Position numbers and translations under genes: made by a program. From the NCBI GenBank assembly GCA_044356215.1, contig JBIKWQ010000052.1, forward strand, positions 1 to 25,178: a stretch of 25,178 nt of DNA, given 5' to 3'. Below, piece after piece: positions 15,601-23,114 of the stretch. Origin of the DNA: Bdellovibrionota bacterium. GTDB lineage: Bacteria > Bdellovibrionota_C > UBA2361 > OMII01. How positions within the stretch are numbered: position 1 is the stretch's first letter; every line of letters starts with the position of its first letter. The notes under the pieces are model-generated. The model was given only the letters and a program-made list of their open reading frames with translations. It had not been told where the DNA came from and searched no databases.

Positions 15601-17071
15601 CGCGACCAATGGAAACGAGGTCTGGATATCAGATGGCACCCCGTCTGGGACCCAGATCCTTAAAGATATCTTTCCCGGATCAAACACATCATCGCCGAGT
15701 CAATTCTTCAATTGGGGCTCAAAGATGTACTGGCAAGCCAATGACGGAGCGACTGGCCTTGAACTCTGGTCATCAGATGGCACTACATCCGGAACCGTAC
15801 AGGTAAAAGATATTAATACACTAGCCGGCTCCGCGCCCTCGCAGGTTACCAAACTCGGCTCATCGCTTATCTTCGCCGCTGATGATGGGATAAATGGGCA
15901 GGAGCTTTGGAGCACAGATGGCACAACAGCGAACACTACCCTTCTAAAGGATATCAATTCTAATTTGGCGACGGGCTCGTCGATCACACAAGCAGTGCTC
16001 TTTGGTTCATCTGTTCTATTCCAAGCTAACGATGGAACAAACGGCGCTGAACTTTGGATTACCGACGGAACAAGCGCGGGGACGATACTTCTTAAGGATA
16101 TCAATCCAGGATCTGGCAGCTCCGCCCCTCAAAACATCTTTGTTCTAGGAGGTATCGCTTATTTTCAAGCCAACGACGGCACTTCTGGCGCGGAACTATG
16201 GAGGACAGACGGAACCACAAACGGTACGTATCTCGCCGCCGACATCGCGACTGGAAGTAGTAGCTCTTCCCCACTTAACTTCAACGCTCTCGGTTCATCA
16301 CTAATCTTCTCCGCGTCAACTACCACATACGGAAGAGAATTGTGGCGGTTCGACGGATCAAGCGCGAGTATCTTGAAGGATATATACATCGGGACAGGCT
16401 CAAGTAGCCCAGCTAGCCTGACAGTTTTGGGCTCTCAGATTCTCTTTAGCGCTACCTCTATATCTGAGGGCTCGGAGTTGTGGATCACTGACGGAACTTC
16501 CGTGGGTACTAACTTGCTGAAAGATATTCGCTCAGGCTCCGTAGGATCATCAATAACTGGTCCAATTGTATTTTATAGCAAGTTATTCTTTCGCGCGACT
16601 ACCACCGCAAACGGCGCTGAGCTCTGGTCAAGCGATGGAACTAGCGGCGGTACCCAGCTATTTATGGATATCAGAGCGGGTGCCGCGAGTTCCACTCCAA
16701 CTGGCATGACGGTAGTTGGCTCGACTCTTTATCTACAAGCAAACGACGGTACGTATGGCGCTGAGTTGTGGCGTAGCGATGGAACAACAGATGGAACAAC
16801 TATGGTTAAGGATATTTTCCCGGGGATTGGTGGCTCAGCCCCATCAAATATAACCGCATACGGTTCAAGTATATTTTTCTCAGCTAACGATGGAAGTCGA
16901 GATACCGAGATATTTAAATCTGATGGGTCTGCTGCCGGCACGTATTTAGTGCAGGATATTAACACTCAGGGACCATCATCGGTCGGAAATATAAGAGTTC
17001 TAGGCAATAAGATCTTATTTACCGCGAATGACGGAATTAATGGGAGTGAGCTTTGGGGGTTGGAGCAATAG
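12605..17071 (+). CDS. Secreted ELWxxDGT-repeat protein with a Pro/Thr linker and two Ig-like domains
   Basis: Signal peptide; DITGDGLSD Ca-binding-like motif; TPTNTP linker; two ~95-aa Cys-containing repeats (GSAxxGSTVxxY/FxxxxC); 19 ELWxxDGT-type repeats by manual count. Confidence 0.92.
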   Translation: MTHNLVTYKLRQALLGAMSVLVSLLALTSQVLAQNSLIGVDPSSDDRTTYLVSKRGTQIQISNLGRREDRSISGYVVGKFDKDSDNTLLKVDLLSQTVIRFSARLASGLMTSNSLKLDEPIRSPTKIITGFDITGDGLSDIAIVDYYRGRMRWRIISNPTKKDSQISRRFFLGSAGDIPFWSKDADDSPLMLAIRQSKELRRVRILSFKPRNGDFEIARYRLAHSDGAIQPARVTGSWPGVALVSRSSNNAIIPGKSKLSRIPLPRKRCNGNSTVIDGATTGTIISLEVCAGGSYFLNSSSREIKGINDQVISQGQLPNEITVLLAGEVASATSNGSSIPIFVPRPGALIDEPTATSTPTTSPTDTPTNTPSNTPTNTPTITPSVTPTPIPSPIISSSDPVSPSSSNSANLLGSAISGSTVLIYATNNCTGAVVASGSSDLFSTTGITIAVSSDTSTTFSARAQLSGVLSPCGSSTITYIEDSTAPAAPSVNSASPAGPASNTTPMIIGSAEAGSTVTLFSSANCSGSPLGSGSASAFSSTGIEAFVQSGVSTTIWARASDQAGNQSSCSSTSVTYQHLAAQMIKDIKTTGGDGSSPRNFLSLGSHLYFNASDGPLGNELWRTDGSASGTFLLADINPSGSSNPSNLTLADSFFYFTASDGTNGTELWISDGTVPGTMMLKDIADGGASSSPASLTLVGSTLYFLADDAINGRELWKSDGTSSGTVMVKDILVGAGTPATLTIARVVGSKLFFIADDGTNGAELWVSDGTESGTYLVKDINTTANTGATLSTSVMVALGSLLIFRATDSTTGAELWVSDGTSSGTFALADINAGANSSTPASLTVMGSYVYFSATDGGANYGTELFRTDGTIAGTALAANIRGGTSSSSPSNFVVNNDVLYLRATDSSGAELWKFDGSTATLIKDINPGSGSSTPSSLITIGSKVFFSATDGLSGTEIYVTDGTTDGTQMLKDINVGSSGATIANLRALGSITVFTATDATNGNEVWISDGTPSGTQILKDIFPGSNTSSPSQFFNWGSKMYWQANDGATGLELWSSDGTTSGTVQVKDINTLAGSAPSQVTKLGSSLIFAADDGINGQELWSTDGTTANTTLLKDINSNLATGSSITQAVLFGSSVLFQANDGTNGAELWITDGTSAGTILLKDINPGSGSSAPQNIFVLGGIAYFQANDGTSGAELWRTDGTTNGTYLAADIATGSSSSSPLNFNALGSSLIFSASTTTYGRELWRFDGSSASILKDIYIGTGSSSPASLTVLGSQILFSATSISEGSELWITDGTSVGTNLLKDIRSGSVGSSITGPIVFYSKLFFRATTTANGAELWSSDGTSGGTQLFMDIRAGAASSTPTGMTVVGSTLYLQANDGTYGAELWRSDGTTDGTTMVKDIFPGIGGSAPSNITAYGSSIFFSANDGSRDTEIFKSDGSAAGTYLVQDINTQGPSSVGNIRVLGNKILFTANDGINGSELWGLEQ

Positions 17072-17327
17072 GTAGGAGAAGCCATTTTGTGGACAATTAT
17101 GGTCAATTCCTCGATAGGATTTAGATGTTTTTGGTACTCGTTCTCTTTCTCCTGCACTTATCTCCTGCTCCTCCGCCTCCTCTTCCTCCCTCCTTATCCT
17201 AATCCTGAACTTGCACCTATCTCCTCCTGTTCAGATAGGTGAAATAAGCAAAGTTAAATCTCCGTGGCCCTCCGCGACCTCGATGTAGAATTTATTCTAA
17301 GATAGTTCTACAGGCTCAAGGGAAGAG

Positions 17328-17486
17328 GAAACCACAGAGGAACACAGAGGGGGGAATATAATTTAATCGTGGCCTGGCTGACTCTTTGGGTTATAACCTC
17401 TGTGATCCTCTGTGTACCTCTGTGGTTTTCTCCCTATCCGTAACATCTAGAATGGAAACACAGAGGAACACAGAGGATCCCAGAGG
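17328..17486. repeat. Inverted arrays of 10-bp ACACAGAGG(A)-type repeats
   Basis: AACCACAGAGGAACACAGAGG (17329), CCTCTGTGATCCTCTGTGTACCTCTGTGGTT (17397) and AAACACAGAGGAACACAGAGGATCCCAGAGG (17456). Confidence 0.8.
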
Positions 17487-17508
17487 CTAGGATTAAAGTA
17501 GCATCTTT

Positions 17509-17533
17509 CGGAGCGCGGCGCTCCCGCGCCGCT
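17509..17533. repeat. REP-like GC-rich hairpin
   Basis: CGGAGCGCGGCGCTCCCGCGCCGCT: a short purine-rich foot followed by an imperfect palindrome. Confidence 0.5.
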
Positions 17534-17737
17534 TAGTGTGGGCTTGCCCTAGGCTTGGTTATCGCTATTCCCCTGTAACAGCTATTCATCGCTCCGTGGC
17601 ACCCTTACCTAAAAATAGCTTATTTGATGTAAACTCTATTTAGGGATAGACCGTGCAGGTGCAGGATGAAGAGAAGGATTAGGAGAAAAAACTTGTAAGG
17701 TCTATTTAGGGATTGATCGGGGGGAGGAGTAGCAAGA

Positions 17738-18979
17738 TCACCTTCTCCACAAACACTCAAGCTCCCCGAGCTCGATATCCTCTATCCGCGGCGGAAATTT
17801 TCCACCCATATATCCGTGATACGAAGTAGTCACCTGCGATGGCTGCTTGCACTCTCTGGCTCGCACCCCCCAAACTCGCACATGCTCAACAAAACCTCCG
17901 CGATCTAGGTTTGATTTGATATTAACAGCGATACCAACCCGTCCCATATTGCACCGAAAAATATAAACTCGGCGCACCCCTCCTGACATCTCACTCCCGA
18001 TCGCTACACCTGCGCTACCACCATACGGCATCTCGCAATCACGGATCACGATATCTTCTGACGGCTTGGCTACCATCCTGCCATCTAGATCGCGGCCTGA
18101 CTTAATCGCGATACAATCATCGCCTGTGTGAAAGGTCGAATTCTCGATCAAAACGCGCTTTGATGAATCAACATCAACTCCGTCGTTATTCACCCGATCA
18201 CTTGTGACCTTAATACCGCGCACTATCACGTCACTTGAGTACAAAAGATGCACCGCCCAGAACGGGGTCGTTCCTACTGAGATCCCCGCTAATAGAACTC
18301 GTTCCGACTCAAAAAATTGAATAAATGATGGTCTTAAAAAACTCCCCTTACCGAAAACCCGCTTCTCAAGAGGAACTCCCGATGCTCCCATCGCCCGCAA
18401 TTTTTTTTGCGCTTCGGTCTGCTCTAATCGCCAACTGTCGATATCACCATCTCGGCTCCACGAAAGCGACCCCTCACCTGTTAAGGCTACATCGCTTACT
18501 TGATACGCATAGATACACGGAGAGTATCCATAAAGGTCAGTCCCCTCCCATCTTGTACGCACTAGGGGGAGGTAGTGTTCGCGGTCTCCGGAAAATTCAA
18601 GGTGGCAGTCACGCTCTAAACGCAGCTCAACGTGAGAGCGTAAATTGATCGGCCCATCACTTCTCCACTGACCGGCCGCCAGAGATAAACGCCCGCCGCC
18701 TTGCTGACTTAGATCATCGATCTGATCTTGGATCTCTTTACGGGCGTCACCCGATACCGGGTCTAGCAGGCGATCCCTGTCTGGGATACGAGGGCTCTTA
18801 ATAGAACGAACCACTTTATCAGCCTCCGCAAACCAATGCGGGGGCCGGATCATCTGGACGACTGAGTCAGCTCTAGCGAGAGATCTCGTCCAAAATGCCG
18901 CGCCTCCAAGTAAGAGAGCGCCTTTTAAAAAAGCGCGCCTTGAGCTGAGAAAATCATTTTTCAGCGAAGAACTCGACAT
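17738..18979 (-). CDS. Glycoside hydrolase family 28 (polygalacturonase-like), Tat-exported, possibly C-terminally truncated
   Basis: SRRAFLK Tat signal; VRTRWEG, LRPSFIQF, NNDGVD, GDDCIAIKSGRD and IGSEMSGGV motifs. Ends abruptly at ELECLWRR. Confidence 0.9.
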   Translation of the reverse strand: MSSSSLKNDFLSSRRAFLKGALLLGGAAFWTRSLARADSVVQMIRPPHWFAEADKVVRSIKSPRIPDRDRLLDPVSGDARKEIQDQIDDLSQQGGGRLSLAAGQWRSDGPINLRSHVELRLERDCHLEFSGDREHYLPLVRTRWEGTDLYGYSPCIYAYQVSDVALTGEGSLSWSRDGDIDSWRLEQTEAQKKLRAMGASGVPLEKRVFGKGSFLRPSFIQFFESERVLLAGISVGTTPFWAVHLLYSSDVIVRGIKVTSDRVNNDGVDVDSSKRVLIENSTFHTGDDCIAIKSGRDLDGRMVAKPSEDIVIRDCEMPYGGSAGVAIGSEMSGGVRRVYIFRCNMGRVGIAVNIKSNLDRGGFVEHVRVWGVRARECKQPSQVTTSYHGYMGGKFPPRIEDIELGELECLWRR

Positions 18980-19247
18980 TACTCAACCGTCCACACCTTG
19001 CCACGCTCTGTTAGGAACATCTTGCGCATCTCATCTAAATTAAACCTAAATTCAGCGATATAACCGAAGAGACTCGCGTTAGTAGACGCTACCTTAATAT
19101 CATAAGTGTCGTTAATCAAACCGTTATCTGTATAGCGTGTGTACTCCTTAGGCGATTCCGGCCTCTCTACATCGATAATTACAACTCCATCACGCCCCCC
19201 GCCACGTAACAGTATGTGCGTGCCACGTAAACATTACGCGCGTCGTC
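18979..19247 (-). pseudogene. C-terminal remnant of an LVIVD-repeat protein, frameshifted and without a start codon
   Basis: DDARNVYVARTYCYVAG / frameshift in the G6 run at 19195-19200 / GRDGVVIIDVERPESPKEYTRYTDNGLINDTYDIKVASTNASLFGYIAEFRFNLDEMRKMFLTERGKVWTVE*. The stop overlaps the GH28 start (TAATG). Confidence 0.8.
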
Positions 19248-19370
19248 CTAATAATGAGCCGTAAGGCGCTCAATTAGAGCCCCTTCCAGAGATATTACCG
19301 CTGAGAACATGGCGGATGTGGGATGTATAGCTTGTAATTCATAGAACTCTTACAGGAATAATTAATCGAC

Positions 19371-19452
19371 GTGACTACGCAGCAAATTATGCCGCAATAA
19401 CGTTAGCCCCTATTAAGGGGCGGCTTTGCGAGGCAACGCGGAGTGGAAATAA
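19371..19452 (+). repeat. Dispersed 82-bp repeat, copy 2
   Basis: Same orientation as 9815-9896 and 70/82 identical to it. Confidence 0.85.
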
Positions 19453-19679
19453 TCCTAAAAATTAATAGTTTAAACAACGCTTGCAGATTTGCGAGTCTAT
19501 TTGCGAGTTTCTCGCATCTTTAGATTGGGAGATATTGTGAGCCGCTTAAATCAAGGGCGGGGTGGTATTTGGGGGTGGAGATGGATAGCGGAAAAAGGTT
19601 GTTACGGCTGGGCAGATCTGAGTCTCTATCACTTACCGCCATTGGGTCGATCCCTTATTGTCGCCTAAGGGACGAGATC

Positions 19680-22600
19680 ATGAGCTTTTTTAGGTTCCTT
19701 TTCATTTCAGCTTCGATAGTTTTCATGCTGATTGATAAAGTAGCCGCGCAGCAGCAGCAATGTCTATTGGTGACCAAAGTAGAGATAGTCCTAGACGGAC
19801 CTGCCGAACCTAGCCCTGACAATTCCTGCTACCTAGCTAATGGAGTATGCACTGCTCCTCGTGGCTATCAACCTTGCTGCCCTGAAGAGTCGTGCCCGTC
19901 TAGTGGTACGATGTGCTACAACCCTAATGCCCAAGATCCACTTAAACCAGGGGTCTCATGTAAGCCAGCACATGAAGGCGTTCCTTCGTGTACCATGTGC
20001 GAATGCACTCGCACTGTGTGCATGGCTGCGCCTTGGATCTCTTGCTACTTCGGCGGCCCAAGTGGATGTTGGCGTGGTCCTGCCATAATAGGTTGCGCGG
20101 CTTGTCCTGGATGGGGCGGAGTAGTTGCGGCCGGCGCTAACACCGGTGATATCGGATCAGCCGCTGGCGCGGGCTCTGGCGCGGGGGCCGGAAATGGAGA
20201 TATCTCTGTTGTGACAGGTAGCGGCGCAGGAAGTGGCGGCGGTAGCGGAGCTGGCACGTCTGGGGATGGAACTTCTGGGACCGTTTCGCCTTCAACTAAT
20301 ACCGGCTCAAGCGGGCCAACAGATACATCTGGTGATTCAACGGGCGGAGATTCAGGGACAAATAGCGGAAACACTTCGACCACAACTGGCTCAACCTCCA
20401 TCACCACAACTACCACCGGTGGCTCAGGAACCAGCGGAAGTGGCACAACTGGAGGTTCTACAGATGGCACAACCTCTGGTACATCAGGAAGCGGGCCAGG
20501 TTCAGACACCACTTCATCTGGATCAACCTCTGGTAGTACAACCGGGGGCTCCGCAACTGAAACCACCACTGGAACCGCGTCTGGTAGCGGAACGACATCC
20601 ACGACTGGCTCCAGCAACACTGGATCTGGAACAACTGATTCGGGAACAACCGGCTCGGGGGTAACCGGCAGCGGTGACACAACCGGCTTCCCCAATTCCA
20701 ACACCGGGGATCCAACCACCACCGCTTCAACTACTGGTGAAAGCTCAACTGGAGGAAGTGGCTCTACAGTGACCAGCTCAACTGGAGGTGACACGACATC
20801 CGGCACCGCATCGGGAACCTCAGACACAACCTCTGGCTCAACAACCACCGGTAGTGGCACCAGCGGCACGACTGACACCACCGGGCCGACCTCATCAGGT
20901 TCTGCCTCTACGGGCGACAGTACCACTGACAGCACTAGCACCGGAGACTCAGGCACCGGAGGTTCAGGCACTGGAGGCTCAGGAACCGGTGGCTCAACAA
21001 CAGGCTCCTCCACCACTACCACAACTGGGGGCGGTTCAGGCTCCACTACAGGTGGCGATCCGAGCTCGCAGATGTTCCCTGATGATCAACCTCTTGTAAT
21101 CTTTACTACTCGCGAATACTTCCGCGGCAACTTAGATGGCTTAGCGGGAGCTACGATTCTGTGCCGAAAAGCCGCGGCTAGCGCCAACTTGGATGGTACA
21201 TGGTACCCGATCTTAGCCAGCAGCGCGTGGGACGCGCGAAATATTACTGGAATAGCCTCACTGTCAGCTCCTATTTACAACACTGGTGGTGAGCTTATCG
21301 CGCCGAATAAACGAGCTCTCTGGTTAAATGTCTTAAACAATCCGCCCCGTTTTGATCAGTTCGGAGTTAAGATTGACGGAGGTCCGGCTTTTACCGGCAT
21401 CGGCACAAATGGCCTTAGACGCAGTGTGTTGCCGATCGATTCGTGCGATGACTGGCAAACAACAAGCCCGATCGCCACCTCATCTGTCGGATCACCAACT
21501 AAACAGGATTCCTCTTGGTATAACAGTGGAAAATCACAATGCGATGATATGAAGCACATCTACTGTATCGGTGATGCCACGCGTCCTCCAACAAATCCCG
21601 ATAGTTCCGGTGGCACCACCACCGGCGGGTCAACCTCAACAGGTGGCTCTGGTACCACTGGTTCAGGCAGCTCGGGATCCGGAACGACTGGCAGCAGCAC
21701 TGGGACAACGAGTGGGACTACAGGAGGCAGTGGCAGCACAGGAGGCGCTAGCGCCACCACAGGAGGTAGTAGCACGACTACCGCAAGCACAACATCTGGC
21801 ACCACAAGCGGCCCAACAAGCGGCACTACAACCGGCAACTCAACCGGTACCGGTGGTACCACTACAGGCACCACGACAGGTACCACGACCGGCGGATCTG
21901 TTACCTCCGGCACAACATCAGGAACCTCACCAAGCACCACTGGCTCCACCACAACAGGTTCGTCGATTCTTCCGCCTACTAATCCAACCGGGGGTACTCC
22001 AGCAAATAATCCGATAACGCTCGTATTAGAGGGGGTATATGATAACGGCGATCAAACCTACACCGCTTACTTCTCTTACTCCAACTCAACAACGAGCGAG
22101 ATAAAGATCCCTATCGGCAAGAACGGCTCGACTGTTAATACGATCGCTGGCGGCTCGGAGATAATTGGACATCCAACCACTTTCAAATCAGGGATATACA
22201 GGGGAGTTGTGCGGATAAGCCTCAAATCAGATCAGACCGTAACCTGGACGGTTGCCCCAAATGATACAAAAAGTGTGTCAGTTTCCGCCACAAGCTCAAG
22301 TCCAAAATTAGCGCGCCTGACCCCACTCTATGAATGCAACAACGATAGTGTGGCGATCCTAGGCTACTTAAACTCGAATGAATTCGATATCTACCTCCCT
22401 GTTGGCAACTCCAACGGATTTAGTCCAGGCGCTGTTGATCGCTCGCAACCGAATAGATTCTTCTCGGGATTAAATAAGGGGGCCTTCTATGTACCAGCAG
22501 AAGAAGGTTTAACTTGGCGGCTATCGGGAACAAGTGTAACGGTGTCGAAGACTAAACCATCCTGCGCTTGCCCAGAGACTAGTAACAAAGTAGTGCGTGA

Positions 22601-23114
22601 TGGTGTGCTGTCATTAGCCGAAGATCTATTCGCCGTTGGCTACGAGACATCAACCAAGTTGAAGCGCGCCTCTGGCGCCCGCATGAGTCACCGCGATCCT
22701 CAGATCAGGAATCGCTCTAAGGTACTACTCGCGAGAGCTCAAGGTCGCTGGGCTCAGCTCTTAGCTGAGTTGCGTTCGCTACTCGACAAGGGACTCCCAA
22801 GTGTAACCTTAAGTTGCCCTGTTGCTCCGATGGGGTGTACTACCGTGGACGATGGATATCTGATACAGCAGATCCGCGAGCGTTATTACAGAGCGCTGAT
22901 TATGATCCGTCGCCAGGCGGCTCGTGCTGGAATGCTCGAAAGCAGCGACACACGCAAGTACCAGACGATCTCGACCCGCGCTTCATCCTGCGCGGCGAAA
23001 GCGTTTGACTCGTTAAACACTGTGCAACGGTTCAGAACTGATTGCTCGAAGCTATCGAGTAAACCGATCGTGACTCAATCTCTATTGCCCGCGGGAGCCG
23101 GAGGTTCAAATTAA
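19680..23114 (+). CDS. Large secreted mosaic protein: Cys-rich domain, Gly/Ser/Thr linkers, DUF1554/endostatin-like domain, two beta-rich repeats, helical C-terminus
   Basis: ATG 19680 gives a signal peptide (MSFFRFLFISASIVFMLIDKVAA). 16 Cys in the first ~120 mature residues; IFTTREYFRGNLDGLAGATILC...CDDW...CDDMKHIYC; repeats YTAYFSYSN..IPIG / ILGYLNSN..LPVG. Confidence 0.8.
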   Translation: MSFFRFLFISASIVFMLIDKVAAQQQQCLLVTKVEIVLDGPAEPSPDNSCYLANGVCTAPRGYQPCCPEESCPSSGTMCYNPNAQDPLKPGVSCKPAHEGVPSCTMCECTRTVCMAAPWISCYFGGPSGCWRGPAIIGCAACPGWGGVVAAGANTGDIGSAAGAGSGAGAGNGDISVVTGSGAGSGGGSGAGTSGDGTSGTVSPSTNTGSSGPTDTSGDSTGGDSGTNSGNTSTTTGSTSITTTTTGGSGTSGSGTTGGSTDGTTSGTSGSGPGSDTTSSGSTSGSTTGGSATETTTGTASGSGTTSTTGSSNTGSGTTDSGTTGSGVTGSGDTTGFPNSNTGDPTTTASTTGESSTGGSGSTVTSSTGGDTTSGTASGTSDTTSGSTTTGSGTSGTTDTTGPTSSGSASTGDSTTDSTSTGDSGTGGSGTGGSGTGGSTTGSSTTTTTGGGSGSTTGGDPSSQMFPDDQPLVIFTTREYFRGNLDGLAGATILCRKAAASANLDGTWYPILASSAWDARNITGIASLSAPIYNTGGELIAPNKRALWLNVLNNPPRFDQFGVKIDGGPAFTGIGTNGLRRSVLPIDSCDDWQTTSPIATSSVGSPTKQDSSWYNSGKSQCDDMKHIYCIGDATRPPTNPDSSGGTTTGGSTSTGGSGTTGSGSSGSGTTGSSTGTTSGTTGGSGSTGGASATTGGSSTTTASTTSGTTSGPTSGTTTGNSTGTGGTTTGTTTGTTTGGSVTSGTTSGTSPSTTGSTTTGSSILPPTNPTGGTPANNPITLVLEGVYDNGDQTYTAYFSYSNSTTSEIKIPIGKNGSTVNTIAGGSEIIGHPTTFKSGIYRGVVRISLKSDQTVTWTVAPNDTKSVSVSATSSSPKLARLTPLYECNNDSVAILGYLNSNEFDIYLPVGNSNGFSPGAVDRSQPNRFFSGLNKGAFYVPAEEGLTWRLSGTSVTVSKTKPSCACPETSNKVVRDGVLSLAEDLFAVGYETSTKLKRASGARMSHRDPQIRNRSKVLLARAQGRWAQLLAELRSLLDKGLPSVTLSCPVAPMGCTTVDDGYLIQQIRERYYRALIMIRRQAARAGMLESSDTRKYQTISTRASSCAAKAFDSLNTVQRFRTDCSKLSSKPIVTQSLLPAGAGGSN

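Noticed and set aside
12781..16965. Multiple antisense ORFs inside the ELWxxDGT gene
   Set aside because: Shadow ORFs mirroring the repeats, with no independent coding signal.
17328..17486. Possible CRISPR array
   Set aside because: Units are ~10 bp, tandem and inverted, with no regular unique spacers and no cas genes.
19371..19452. Possible integron attC site (ATAACGTTAG)
   Set aside because: No convincing paired R''/R' boxes, no cassette organisation and no integrase.
19569..19679. Upstream start for the mosaic protein given by the ORF track
   Set aside because: ATG 19680 places a signal peptide at the N-terminus, so the extension is likely spurious.
20045..22017. Long Val/Pro/Glu-rich antisense and alternative-frame ORFs (20045-21046, 21560-21952 and others)
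   Set aside because: Expected by-products of low-complexity Gly/Ser/Thr codons on the coding strand.
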